From an uncultured Bacillota bacterium (lineage in GTDB: Bacteria > Sysuimicrobiota > Sysuimicrobiia > Sysuimicrobiales > Segetimicrobiaceae): a stretch of 64,000 bases of DNA. Below, piece after piece: positions 17,250-26,914 of this stretch (position 1 is its first letter; each line of letters opens with the position of its first letter). Where the stretch lies: NCBI GenBank assembly GCA_963804645.1, contig CAWDRG010000017.1, forward strand, positions 1 through 64,000. The letters are read 5' to 3'. The notes below the pieces were generated by a model that was not told the DNA's origin, did not search any database, and saw nothing but the letters and a program-made list of their open reading frames with translations. The translations under genes were made by a program, and so were the position numbers.

Positions 17250-18695
17250 ATGAGGAATCCGCAGAGGCCCACAGCAACGATCAAGAGCGACGAGCATGTG
17301 GTTGGCACGGTCGAAGGGCGGCATTCCGTTGCGCACGTTACTGTGCGACCAGGCCGCAAGGAACGTCGCGCAGCGGGCAAGGCCTTGCGGGACCGTGTGC
17401 CGCATGAGCAGCATCAAGAGTGGTCACCACCGAGGAGTCGCCGCGATCCGGTCGATTTGGTGATCGAGTCGAGCCAGGGCCGCATCCCAGACCTCATCCC
17501 CATCCGCTACGGCCGCATGATGGCGTCGCCGTTCACCTTCTATCGGGGCACGGCGAACATCATGGCTGCCGACCTTGCGGCGACACCGGTGACGGGCCTC
17601 TCCGCGCAAATCTGCGGCGACTGCCACGCGCTCAATTTCGGTGCCTTCGCGACCCCCGAACGCCGTTTGATCTTCGATCTCACCGATTTCGACGAGACGC
17701 TCCCCGGCCCGTGGGAATGGGACGTGAAGCGGCTCGCGGCGAGCTTTGTCTTTGCGGCGCGATCGAATGGATTTTCCGCCGCCGACCAGCGAGATGCGGC
17801 ACTCGCATGCGTCCGGTCGTATCGCGAGCAGATGGCCGTCTACGCCGACATGCCCGTCCTGGACGTCTGGTACGCGCGCGTCGATCGTCGTGGGGCGCTG
17901 CTAGCGAGCCGCGACGAAACCACCGCGGCCCGTATAGAAAAGCGCCTCAAGAAAGAGGCCGCGCGCGATTTCGCTCGTGACGGCTTTCCGAAGACGATCG
18001 TGACCAACGACGGTGCGCACGTGATTGCCGAGAATCCACCGCTCATCTATCACCATCCGCTCCTCGACATGGCGTCCAACCGGGAGCTCATTCACGAGAG
18101 CTTCACCCACTACCGAGAGGCCCTTTCGGATGACCGCAAAACGTTGCTCGACCACTATCGGCTCGTTGACATTTCACTGAAAGTAGTCGGGGTCGGGAGC
18201 GTGGGCACATTTTGTGCCATCGTGCTGATGATGGCCGAGGATGATGATCCGCTGTTCCTGCAGGTGAAAGAAGCAAGCCCATCAGTCCTGGAGCCGTACG
18301 TGGGCAAGAGTATCTACCCCAACCATGGGCAGCGAGTGGTGGTGGGCCAGCGACTGATGCAATCCGCGAGCGACGTCTTCCTGGGTTGGACTGAGACTCG
18401 GAGGGGGCGACAGTATTACATCCGCCAGTTGCGCGACATGAAAATCAAGCCACTGGTCGAGCAATACAGTCCGGGGGTCATGGTTGATTTCGCCGGGATG
18501 TGCGGCTGGACGCTCGCGCGCGCCCATGCGCGCTCGGCCGATCCGGCGATGATCGCCGGGTATCTCGGAAAGAAGGACCGATTCGACAAGGCCGTCGCGC
18601 GGTTCAGCGTCGCTTATGCTGATCAGGCCGAACGCGACCACGCGGCATTTATGCGGGCCATTCGCAAGGGTCGGATCAAGGTTCAGAAAGGTTAG
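17250..18695 (+). CDS. DUF2252 family protein
   Basis: PIRYGRM..SPFTFYRG, CGDCH..NFG, DFDE, KVVGVGSVG, LQVKEA, RQLRDMK. Confidence 0.92.
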   Translation: MRNPQRPTATIKSDEHVVGTVEGRHSVAHVTVRPGRKERRAAGKALRDRVPHEQHQEWSPPRSRRDPVDLVIESSQGRIPDLIPIRYGRMMASPFTFYRGTANIMAADLAATPVTGLSAQICGDCHALNFGAFATPERRLIFDLTDFDETLPGPWEWDVKRLAASFVFAARSNGFSAADQRDAALACVRSYREQMAVYADMPVLDVWYARVDRRGALLASRDETTAARIEKRLKKEAARDFARDGFPKTIVTNDGAHVIAENPPLIYHHPLLDMASNRELIHESFTHYREALSDDRKTLLDHYRLVDISLKVVGVGSVGTFCAIVLMMAEDDDPLFLQVKEASPSVLEPYVGKSIYPNHGQRVVVGQRLMQSASDVFLGWTETRRGRQYYIRQLRDMKIKPLVEQYSPGVMVDFAGMCGWTLARAHARSADPAMIAGYLGKKDRFDKAVARFSVAYADQAERDHAAFMRAIRKGRIKVQKG

Positions 18696-19379
18696 GAACG
18701 GGCTCCTCCGGGGCCCGCGATGAAGGAAACTAGGGACACTCCCCCAACACCAGCGCAGGTACACTTGAAAATGAGCCGAACCGCCAAAACGCGCGTCCAG
18801 TTTGTACCACGTATGGAAGTCAGCGACGTCGTTGCTGTTGGGTTCAACGACGCGATAACCATTCCACCCCCTCAGACTGTCACGATGGAATCGGCCGCAA
18901 AACCTCTTTCCAGAACTACCAGGAGAGCTTTGCCTTTGACGCTATGGTCGATTGAGAGCATTGCATCATGACAATGCTACACTGTCGAAGCCGACGATCT
19001 CAACCGACCGAGAAACCGCCGGTACGCTTAGATCCCCGGAAGACAGCAGACGAGACCGCGCGCGACAGACAACCGTGGTCACGCTCGCATCGACAACTTG
19101 TTGGCGGGACACAGAACTTGGTCCATTGTGAGACGCTGACGCCGGCGCTCGCGAGGAGCTACCGGGCGCCGTGGACGGTTCACTTGCGGGCAGCCAGAGT
19201 CATTTGAATGGACTTGCCATAAAAGTAACCTATCTGTTACACCCATACTGCTGAACGCCCTGGGTAGCTAGCAGCGACAGTCCCAAACGGTGGAAACGGT
19301 GGCTTGGCTGGGGAGTGCCTCGCCTCGGTTTGTTATACTTATTGGCATGAAATGGGCGAAGCGACGGGGGTTAGCAGAA

Positions 19380-19621
19380 TGAGTGCGGCAAAGGGCACGG
19401 TGCTGGAGTTCACCACCCAGATGATGCCAAGTGGGCCACTAACCTTCCCTGCGGAATTCGCTACATGGTGGCGGGGAGAATTGCCGCCTGGCCAAGTGGG
19501 TCGGGTAATGGTCGTGGTCATGCCTGCTGGTGAGGACGAAAACGAATCAGCGTGGCATCACACGGCAGGACTACAACTGGCGCGACTGTCCGATGCCGAT
19601 CTAGTTGCCCAGGAGCCCTAG
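19380..19621 (+). CDS. putative antitoxin upstream of PemK-like toxin
   Basis: Small ORF whose TAG (19619-19621) overlaps the GTG of the reconstructed toxin. Confidence 0.5.
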
Positions 19622-19642
19622 TGTCAATCCAGTATCGTCTAG

Positions 19643-20969
19643 CAGGCGCGGAAAAAACGTGTTTATGACGAATCATCGTGCCTGGTTCGAGAGTGATCAT
19701 GCGACCTGAAGCTCCGCGGAGCTGCTTGCGCGAGTTCCGCGCGCTCGGTGCGACCTCGCCATCGCACCGAGGGGTGGCATCCTCATGCGAGGGCCTGTTG
19801 GAGATAGAGGATCCGCACCAGGTTGTAGATCGCACACGCAAACACGAACATCGAGTGCACGCGGTGGGTGCTGCGATGGTGCAGCTTGCGCATCAGCGCG
19901 ATGGTCTTCAGCGAACGAAAGATTTCTTCCACGCGCTTGCGGATGCGTTGGCTGATCTCATAGCCGGGGTGCCGGGTGGTCCGCAGATCGACGGCACTGC
20001 GCCGCTTGCTGGTGTTTTGGGCAATGTGCGGTGTGACGTCCAAGTCGCGCAGCGCTTGGACGAATTCCGGCGTGTCGAAGCCTTTGTCCGCGCCGACAGT
20101 CACGCGGCGCTCGCCGGCCACCTGCTCGAGCAGCTCTTCCGCGGTGTCCCGTTCCGCGGTGCGCGTCGCCGCGGTCGCTTGGGCCCGCACCACCAAGCGA
20201 TTGCGGTTCTCCATCAGCACATGGCCCATATAGTACAGCTTCGCTTCCCGGCCGTGGCCTTTGCGCTGCAAGCGCGCCTCGGGATCAGTAGTCGATTGAT
20301 GCGTGGCATTGCTGCGGTGTTGGCTATGAAAGTTGACGGTTGGGTTCCCCGGATCATCCGGCGGCGGCTGGTCGGTCGGGTCCTCGTCCTTGGGACGAAA
20401 GCTCTTCAGGCCCGCCAAGGCTTCAATCAGCGTCCCGTCGACGGTGAAGTGTTCCATCGACAAGAGGTAACGCTCCCGCGCTTGGGCCAGCACGCGCGTG
20501 AAGAAGGCTTGCGCGATATCGCTATCCAGCAGGCGCTGACGGTTCTTCGTGAACGTCGTCGGGTCCCAGACCGGCTCGTCCATGTTCAACCTGACGAACC
20601 AGCGGAACAGCAAGTTGTAATACAGTTGCTCCATCAACTGCCGCTCACTGCGCACCGTGAAGAGCACCTGCAGCAGCAAGGCCCGCAGCAGTTTCTCCGG
20701 CGGGATCGAGGGGCGGCCAATCTGCGAATAGAGTTTGGCGAACGTGGGCGACAACTCATGCAGCACCGCGTCCACCATGCTCCGGATCACGCGCAACGGA
20801 TGGTCCTGCGGGACGCGCGCTTCCGGGGAGAGGTAGCTAAACATGCCTTCCTGCTGCCGATCGTCTCCGCGCATCGTGGTACCTCCGAGGGAGGAGTACG
20901 AATGAGGGTGCAACGCGACAGAGTATCATTCTATATGAACATCCAAATACCTGCTTTTTCATCATCCTG
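19643..20969 (-). mobile_element. IS5-family insertion sequence
   Basis: CTAG duplication at 19639-19642 and 20970-20973. Imperfect TIRs CAGGCGCGGAAAAA / CAGGATGATGAAAAA. Confidence 0.88.
19783..20874 (-). CDS. IS5-family DDE transposase
   Basis: MRGDD…GRPSIPPEKLLRALLLQ…RSERQL…VDGT…GADKGFD…RKRVEEIF…YNLVR. Confidence 0.92.
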   Translation of the reverse strand: MRGDDRQQEGMFSYLSPEARVPQDHPLRVIRSMVDAVLHELSPTFAKLYSQIGRPSIPPEKLLRALLLQVLFTVRSERQLMEQLYYNLLFRWFVRLNMDEPVWDPTTFTKNRQRLLDSDIAQAFFTRVLAQARERYLLSMEHFTVDGTLIEALAGLKSFRPKDEDPTDQPPPDDPGNPTVNFHSQHRSNATHQSTTDPEARLQRKGHGREAKLYYMGHVLMENRNRLVVRAQATAATRTAERDTAEELLEQVAGERRVTVGADKGFDTPEFVQALRDLDVTPHIAQNTSKRRSAVDLRTTRHPGYEISQRIRKRVEEIFRSLKTIALMRKLHHRSTHRVHSMFVFACAIYNLVRILYLQQALA

Positions 20970-21385
20970 CTAGGCGCCGTGATCACTTCGATAATTCCAG
21001 GCGTGAAAGACACGAAAGCGCGTCCCGCAGTTGTTCTCGCCGACCTGGGAGATGACGACCTTATTGTCGCCCCGATCACTAAGATGGGGCCGAGGAGTGC
21101 CTACGACATTCCGATAGCTGGATGGAGAAACGTCGGCCTCCAAATGCCTTGCTACGCTCGAGCGAATGAGCCCCCTGACAATCCAAAAGGCAAATGTGAG
21201 CTTAAGAAGGGAGGATTAGTGCGGGACTACACTGATCTTGACCACCTGACCCGCGAGGTCGAGAAGCACCTACTTTCAACTGTTCGGGAATTGGTGGTTC
21301 GGCGTGGCATCGGTCCGGAAGCGGGAAGCTCAAGCGCGCAGGAGCCTATAGTGGGCCGCCGCGAGCGGCTGGAGGGGATGCGCCG

Positions 21386-22867
21386 ATGACACCGCTGCTG
21401 TCCGTAGAGGGATTGGCCGTACGGCCGCGCTCCGTCGTCCAGATCGACGGCGCCGAGGTCGGGATGGCCCGCGCCGACGGGGGCGACCGGCTGGCGGCGC
21501 TCGCGCCGGCCCGGCCGCCGCGCCTCGCGGGGCTCGAGGGCCAGGCCACGGAGGCGGCGGGACGATGGCTGCTGGTGGGGCCCGCCAGCGACCACAACCT
21601 CGGCGTCCTGCGCGGGCTGCTCCCGTGGCTCGTGCCCGAGACGCTCGCGCTGCGCCCGTCCTTCGGCTTCGGCGACCGCCTCGGCCTCGCCACGCCTGGC
21701 CACATCCGTGCGCTGCGCGCGGTGGACGGGCGCCTGGCGCCGATCTTCGCCCAACAGTCGATCCGCGAGATGGAGCGCACCGGCCGCGATCCCGCGCGCG
21801 TGCTGGCGGACGCAGCGTGGGGCGTGTTCGCGGAGGGCTGGCGCGACGGCTTCGGCGCGGACGCCGACCATCTCAAGACCACGGCCGACGTGGACGCGTG
21901 TCTTGCGGCGGGGTACACGTTCTTCACGTTCGATCCGGGCGCGCACGTCGACCCGGCCGGCGACGCGCTGGAGGCGGACGCGCTCGCCGCCGCGCTGGCG
22001 TCGCTGCCGTGGACAGAGCTCGAGGACACGCAGGCCGCGATGCAAGGGCGCTACCGGACGCTGTCGCTCGACCTCGGCGACCGGGCGCTGCGCGTCGGCG
22101 AGGACGACGCGGCGCGCGCCGCGGTCAAGTACGGCCGCGCCGTCGCGCACGTGGCGCGCCTCCACCGGCACCTGCGGGCGCGCGACCGGCGCGTCGAGGT
22201 GGAGGTCTCCGTGGACGAGACCGACACGCCGACGACGCCCGCGCAGCACGTGTACATCGCCACCGAACTCCGCCGCCTCGGCGTCGATTGGGTGAGCATG
22301 GCGCCCCGCTTCGTGGGGCGCTTCGAGAAGGGCGTCGACTACCTGGGCGATCCCGCCGCGTTCGAAGCGGACGCCGCACTCCACGCCGCGATCGCCAGAC
22401 GCCTGGGGCCGTACAAACTGAGCCTCCACTCCGGCTCCGACAAGCTCAGCGTCTACGCGGCGCTGGCCCGTCAGGCCGGCAGCCTGCTGCACGTCAAGAC
22501 GGCCGGCACGAGCTACCTGGAGGCGCTGCGCACCATCGCGCCGATCGACCCGGCGCTCTTCCGCGAGATCTACGCGCTCGCGCGCGAGCGGTACGAGCAC
22601 GACCGGGCAAGCTACCACGTGTCCGCCCGGCTCGACCGCACCCCGGAGCCCGCCGCCGTGCCGGACGCGGACCTCGCCGGGCTGCTGGACAGCTTCGACG
22701 CGCGGCAGGTGCTGCACGTCACCTTCGGGTCCGCGCTGGCGCGGTACGGCGGCCGCCTGATCGCCGTGCTGCGGGCCCACCCGGAGGCCTACGAGGCGAC
22801 GCTGGAGCGCCACTTCCTCCGCCATCTCGTCCCGCTCCTCCAGGCGACGCGGGAGGCGCGGCGATGA
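21386..22867 (+). CDS. uxaE: tagaturonate/fructuronate epimerase
   Basis: SFGFGDRLGLATPGH, AQQSIREM, GADADHLKT, EVSVDET, SLHSGSDK, HVKTAGTSYLEALR. Confidence 0.88.
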   Translation: MTPLLSVEGLAVRPRSVVQIDGAEVGMARADGGDRLAALAPARPPRLAGLEGQATEAAGRWLLVGPASDHNLGVLRGLLPWLVPETLALRPSFGFGDRLGLATPGHIRALRAVDGRLAPIFAQQSIREMERTGRDPARVLADAAWGVFAEGWRDGFGADADHLKTTADVDACLAAGYTFFTFDPGAHVDPAGDALEADALAAALASLPWTELEDTQAAMQGRYRTLSLDLGDRALRVGEDDAARAAVKYGRAVAHVARLHRHLRARDRRVEVEVSVDETDTPTTPAQHVYIATELRRLGVDWVSMAPRFVGRFEKGVDYLGDPAAFEADAALHAAIARRLGPYKLSLHSGSDKLSVYAALARQAGSLLHVKTAGTSYLEALRTIAPIDPALFREIYALARERYEHDRASYHVSARLDRTPEPAAVPDADLAGLLDSFDARQVLHVTFGSALARYGGRLIAVLRAHPEAYEATLERHFLRHLVPLLQATREARR

Positions 22868-23120
22868 CGCGCCGACGCCGGGGATACGCGAGCGCGCCGG
22901 TGCGGATCGCCGCGCTTGTCTTCGACCGCATCACGCCGCTCGACGTCGTCGGGCCGATCGAGGTCCTCGCGCGCGTCCCGGGGCCGAGATCGTCGTCGTC
23001 GCCAGGGAACGCGGGCCGGTGCGGGACCCCCGCACGCACAGAACGCTGGCCGCGGAGGCGGCGCTCGCAGAGGTGCCGGCGCCCGACGTGCTGGTGATCC
23101 CCGAGAGGAGAGCGGCGTAG
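22864..23120 (+). pseudogene. DJ-1/PfpI-family fragment, frameshifted and truncated
   Basis: RIAALVFDRITPLDVVGPIEVL, a frameshift in the G-run at ~22981, then …PDVLVIP and a premature stop. Confidence 0.7.
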
Positions 23121-23273
23121 ATGCACCGCGTCCAGGCCGTCAACTTTTACAGGAAGACTGACACTTGACCCTGTGAACCTTCTCCGCGGCATCTATATCT
23201 TTCCCAGGTTCTATAAAGTAGTCCGGGTTCGGACAATAGGCCTTCCCCGAGGCTCGAATCGAGCGCAGGATCT

Positions 23274-23440
23274 TCACGCTTCAAACTCCTCAATATGTTT
23301 GATGATCGTATACTGATTGTATTTGCCATAAGTCATGGTCACCGGAACCTTCATCGTTCCCGGCGCGACCTTGGCATTGATGAAGAGCGGGCCGTTCGTC
23401 GCCAAAGCGCACCTAACGGCTGCGCTAAATTCCTCCACTT
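23274..23440 (-). pseudogene. C-terminal remnant of a ThDP-binding enzyme subunit
   Basis: EEFSAAVRCALATNGPLFINAKV. No N-terminal part. Confidence 0.35.
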
Positions 23441-23589
23441 GCCGGCAGCCTGCACACCGACGGAGACGCGCGTGAGCCGGTTCCTCAGCGCGTTCGATTG
23501 CGGACGCATCCGCAACGCTGAGACGGCGGAAAGCCAGTTCGGGCGACACCATTATTATGGGCCTGGGATTCGCGCTCATCTAAGAGACG

Positions 23590-23740
23590 CAGTTCGACGA
23601 ACGCAAGGGTCGCGTCATGAACCCAAGCCTCGCGGGGTACCACGTGCCCGTGCACATGGACGTGCCCGAGATCGACGTGATCTGGATCGACATCCCCGAT
23701 CCACATGCGCCGATGGGCGCGCACGGCATCGGCGAGCGCC
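23590..23740 (+). pseudogene. xanthine-dehydrogenase-family molybdopterin subunit remnant
   Basis: MNPSLAGYHVPVHMDVPEIDVIW…DPHAPMGAHGIGE. Confidence 0.65.
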
Positions 23741-23899
23741 GGACGTGGAAGTGGTGTCGGAGAAATCGGTTGCCCGGACGGCCGTGCCGAGCGTTCCGAG
23801 TCGCAGGAGGCACAAACAGGCTTTCGGGGAGCCGCCGAGAGGGCCCCGGACGGCAAAGAGCGAACCGGGTTCCACCGAGGGAAGATTATAGGCGACAAA

Positions 23900-25378
23900 A
23901 TGGAACGCCCCATACGACGGGCCCACCGGGCCCCGCAGCAGCGCGGTCGGACTGAGCCTGTACCCGAGCCACCGTTCGCGCTTCATTTCGACAGAGGCTC
24001 GCTGCGGCTGGAGGCGCCGGCCTCTGCTAAGGTGCCCGCCTATCTGAGGTGGGACGCGCGCGTGCAAGCGTGGCGCACCGAAGCGTTGCGGCATCATCGC
24101 CTGATCGACGACGCGCGCGCGTGCGGTCTGGTGATCAGGGACGAGGCCGCGCGGTTCTTCGATTGTCCGCCCGTGGCAGCCGATCTGCCGCGCCTGCGTC
24201 CGGACCAGGAGGCCGCGGTCGCCGCCTGGGAGCGAGCGGGCGGGCGGGGCGTCGTGGTGAAACCCACGGGCACAGGCAAAACCGAGATCGCGCTCGCGGT
24301 CATCGAGCGCCATCGCTGCTCCGCGCTCATCGTGGCGCCGCTCCGCGATCTCATGTATCAGTGGCACCGGCGAATCAAGCACACCTTGGGGATCGAGGCC
24401 GGCATCCTCGGAGACGGCCGGCGCGAGGTCTGGCCCATCACGGTGACCACGTACGACAGCGCCTGGATCCACATGAAGGAGATCGGCAACCGCTACCGGC
24501 TGATCGTGTACGACGAAGCCCACCATTTGCCCGGCCACGCGCTCCACGAGAGCGCATTGGACTGCCTGGCGCCGATGCGGCTCGGCCTGACCGCCACGCC
24601 CGAGCGGGCGGACGGGCGGGAGGGCATGCTCGACGAGCTGATCGGGCCATGCGTGTTCAAAGAGCACATCCATGACGCGCGGGGGCGGACGCTCGCCGGC
24701 TACTCCATCGTGCGGGTCCCGATTTATCTCTCCGAAGAGGAGCAGGCCGAGTTCGACCGGCTGTCGCGCCAGATCCGCGCGTATGTGGCGCGCCGCCGTC
24801 GGGAGGGAGGCGGATTCGACTGGAAGGAGGACATTGCCAGGCTGTCCCGCACCGATCCGGAGGCGAAGAAAATCATGCGGTGCTACTGGCGGAAGCTCAC
24901 GTTGACGCACCGCTCCTCCGAGAAGCTGCGGGTGCTGGAAGACATCTTCCGGCTCCATCCGGACGATCAGTGCGTCGTCTTCACCGCGTCCAACCGGATG
25001 GCGCTTGACGTGTCGAGCCGGTTCCTCATCCCCGCGCTTACTGCGCACTCGGACAAGCGCGAGCGGAGTTTGGTGCTGGACCTGTTTGCGCACGGACGCC
25101 TCCGGGCCTTGGCGGCGTGCGAGGTTCTCAACGAGGGGTGGGACGCGCCCGCGGTCAAAGTCGGCGTGGTCCTGGGTGGAGAGAAGGGAACGCGCGAGGC
25201 CGTGCAGCGCCTGGGGCGGCTGCTGAGGCGATCGGGGGACCGGCCCGCCCGCCTGTACGAGGTCGTGGTCGAGGAGACATCCGAGGTCAGGCGCGCCCGG
25301 CGGCGCGCGCAAACCAATGCTTACCAAGGCGCACCGCGTCTATCACTGGGACAGGCGAAGCAACTCGGTCTCTTCTGA
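23900..25378 (+). CDS. XPB/Rad25-like SF2 helicase
   Basis: LRPDQ, PTGTGKT, DEAHH, GLTATP, LNEGWDAP, QRLGRLLR. Start uncertain. Confidence 0.88.
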   Translation: MERPIRRAHRAPQQRGRTEPVPEPPFALHFDRGSLRLEAPASAKVPAYLRWDARVQAWRTEALRHHRLIDDARACGLVIRDEAARFFDCPPVAADLPRLRPDQEAAVAAWERAGGRGVVVKPTGTGKTEIALAVIERHRCSALIVAPLRDLMYQWHRRIKHTLGIEAGILGDGRREVWPITVTTYDSAWIHMKEIGNRYRLIVYDEAHHLPGHALHESALDCLAPMRLGLTATPERADGREGMLDELIGPCVFKEHIHDARGRTLAGYSIVRVPIYLSEEEQAEFDRLSRQIRAYVARRRREGGGFDWKEDIARLSRTDPEAKKIMRCYWRKLTLTHRSSEKLRVLEDIFRLHPDDQCVVFTASNRMALDVSSRFLIPALTAHSDKRERSLVLDLFAHGRLRALAACEVLNEGWDAPAVKVGVVLGGEKGTREAVQRLGRLLRRSGDRPARLYEVVVEETSEVRRARRRAQTNAYQGAPRLSLGQAKQLGLF

Positions 25379-26489
25379 CCGCCTGGAGGACGGCTGCGGC
25401 GCCGTGCTTGCGCGCGGAATCGCCGTCTACCGGACCAGGGTCGGGGACCGCCTCGGCGTCGTGCGGAACGCCGCCCGACGGGCACTTGACGGGCTCCGGC
25501 CGGATCGCGTGGAGGCCGTCGTCGATCTGCTCGACGCCGCCGCGACGTACGAGTGGCCAGCCGGCGTCCGCCAGGCCGAGCGGCGGGTAAGGGTATTCGA
25601 AGCGGCCGCGCGCCCGGTGATGGACTCGAAGACCAGGAAGCGCCTGCTCGAGGCTGAGCTCGGCGCCCCGGCAGATGGCGACGACCAGGTCACCGCCGCG
25701 CTGTACGCCGACTACCCCGAGTTCCACCGCCTGGCGGCATTTCCCGCCGAGTACACGCCGGAGGATCTGCGCGCGGCGTACGATCTCGCGCAGGCGCAGG
25801 CGCTGCTCTACGATGCCGTCGCGATCGTCGTAGAGGCCCGGGGGAACTTCAAGCACATCGTGCAGTACGCGCGGCTCTCCCGGTTGCTGCACCGCATCGA
25901 GCGCGGCCCGGGACCCGCCTACCGCCTGCGCTTCGACGGCCCGAATTCGGTGCTCCGCCGGACCCACGCGTACGGTGTGGATTTTGCGAAGTTCCTGGCG
26001 GCGCTCGTCCAGGCCCGGGAGTGGCAGCTGGAGGCCTCCGTGGCCGTGCGCGGCCGGGGGCGTCCGGCCGTGTTTACCCTGAGCTCCAGTGACGGCCTCC
26101 GCTCGAACGTCCCGCCGCCCCGTTTGTTCGACTCGAGCCTCGAGGAGGCGCTTGCCCGGAAGTTCGGCGAGGTCCGCGACGGCTGGCGGCTGCGTCGCGA
26201 GGCCGTGCTCCTGGAAGTCGGCCGGTCTCTGCTTGTGCCGGACTTCGTGTTCACGCACGATGACGGGACGGAGGTGGCGCTGGAGATCGTGGGGTACTGG
26301 ACGCCCGAGTACCTCGCGGACAAGTTCGGCAAACTCGCGCTCGTGCGGGAGACCAACCTCATCGTCGCCGTCCGCCGGGCGTGGGCGCTAAGCCAGCCCG
26401 CCGTGCCTCCGTGGGCGCTGCCTTTTCGAACCACTATTTTACTGAAGGAGCTCATGCCCCGGCTCGAGGCGTTCAGGACCGGGCGGTGA
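25317..26489 (+). CDS. DUF790 (Bax1-like) PD-(D/E)xK nuclease
   Basis: MLT…LYAD…YDLAQAQALLY…DGP.S…YG…FDSSLE…VPDF…EIVGYWTPEYL. Overlaps the helicase. Confidence 0.85.
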   Translation: MLTKAHRVYHWDRRSNSVSSDRLEDGCGAVLARGIAVYRTRVGDRLGVVRNAARRALDGLRPDRVEAVVDLLDAAATYEWPAGVRQAERRVRVFEAAARPVMDSKTRKRLLEAELGAPADGDDQVTAALYADYPEFHRLAAFPAEYTPEDLRAAYDLAQAQALLYDAVAIVVEARGNFKHIVQYARLSRLLHRIERGPGPAYRLRFDGPNSVLRRTHAYGVDFAKFLAALVQAREWQLEASVAVRGRGRPAVFTLSSSDGLRSNVPPPRLFDSSLEEALARKFGEVRDGWRLRREAVLLEVGRSLLVPDFVFTHDDGTEVALEIVGYWTPEYLADKFGKLALVRETNLIVAVRRAWALSQPAVPPWALPFRTTILLKELMPRLEAFRTGR

Positions 26490-26826
26490 TCGCGAGCGTG
26501 CCACGCCGTGGCTGCGTGCAATCCGGACGCCCATTCCCCGGTGCAGGCCGGGTCCGCGGGGCAGCGCCGCACCTGTGTGTCCGGCGAGCCGCGCGCCCGC
26601 AGCGCCGATTCCGTGCTCGCGCAGTGCCCGCGGTTCAGCCCGCCATCCACGTCTTCTTCAAAAAACTGCGGCGGCCGGTGAACGACTGCGAGTAGCCGTG
26701 GAACTTCGTGGACAAGCGCCTCGATGTTCAGCTTCGCGTACCACCACCAGTACGGCGAGTCCACCAGCAGCGTGCGCGGGATCTCGGTGTACAGGCTGCG
26801 CCGCTCGTCCAGGTTGGAGATCTGGT

Positions 26827-26912
26827 TTAGAGAACAGGGTGCTCTGGAACCCGTGCAATTACTGGCGTTTTCTCACGGGAAAGCGCGGGTTCAAGTCCCC
26901 CTTCCCCGACCA
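26827..26912 (+). repeat. att-like repeat copy 4 (outermost, lacks arm motif)
   Basis: 86 bp colinear with the other copies. Ends CCCCCTTCCCCGACCA. Downstream sequence is unrelated to copies 1-3. Confidence 0.88.
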
Positions 26913-26914
26913 GT

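Larger units (their letters stand above)
19621..21389 (+). pseudogene. PemK/MazF-family toxin interrupted by IS5
   Basis: Removing the IS and one CTAG restores in-frame MSIQYRLGAVITSIIPGVKDTKARPAVV…IVAPIT. RBS AGGAG at 19611-19615. Confidence 0.8.

Noticed and set aside
12629..26912. The four repeats as intact tRNA genes
   Set aside because: There is no 5' acceptor strand, D-arm or anticodon arm, and the T-stem 5' strand mispairs. Only the 3' ~27 nt are tRNA-like.
12629..26912. The repeats as a CRISPR array
   Set aside because: Units are ~115 bp with irregular kilobase spacing, and there are no cas genes.
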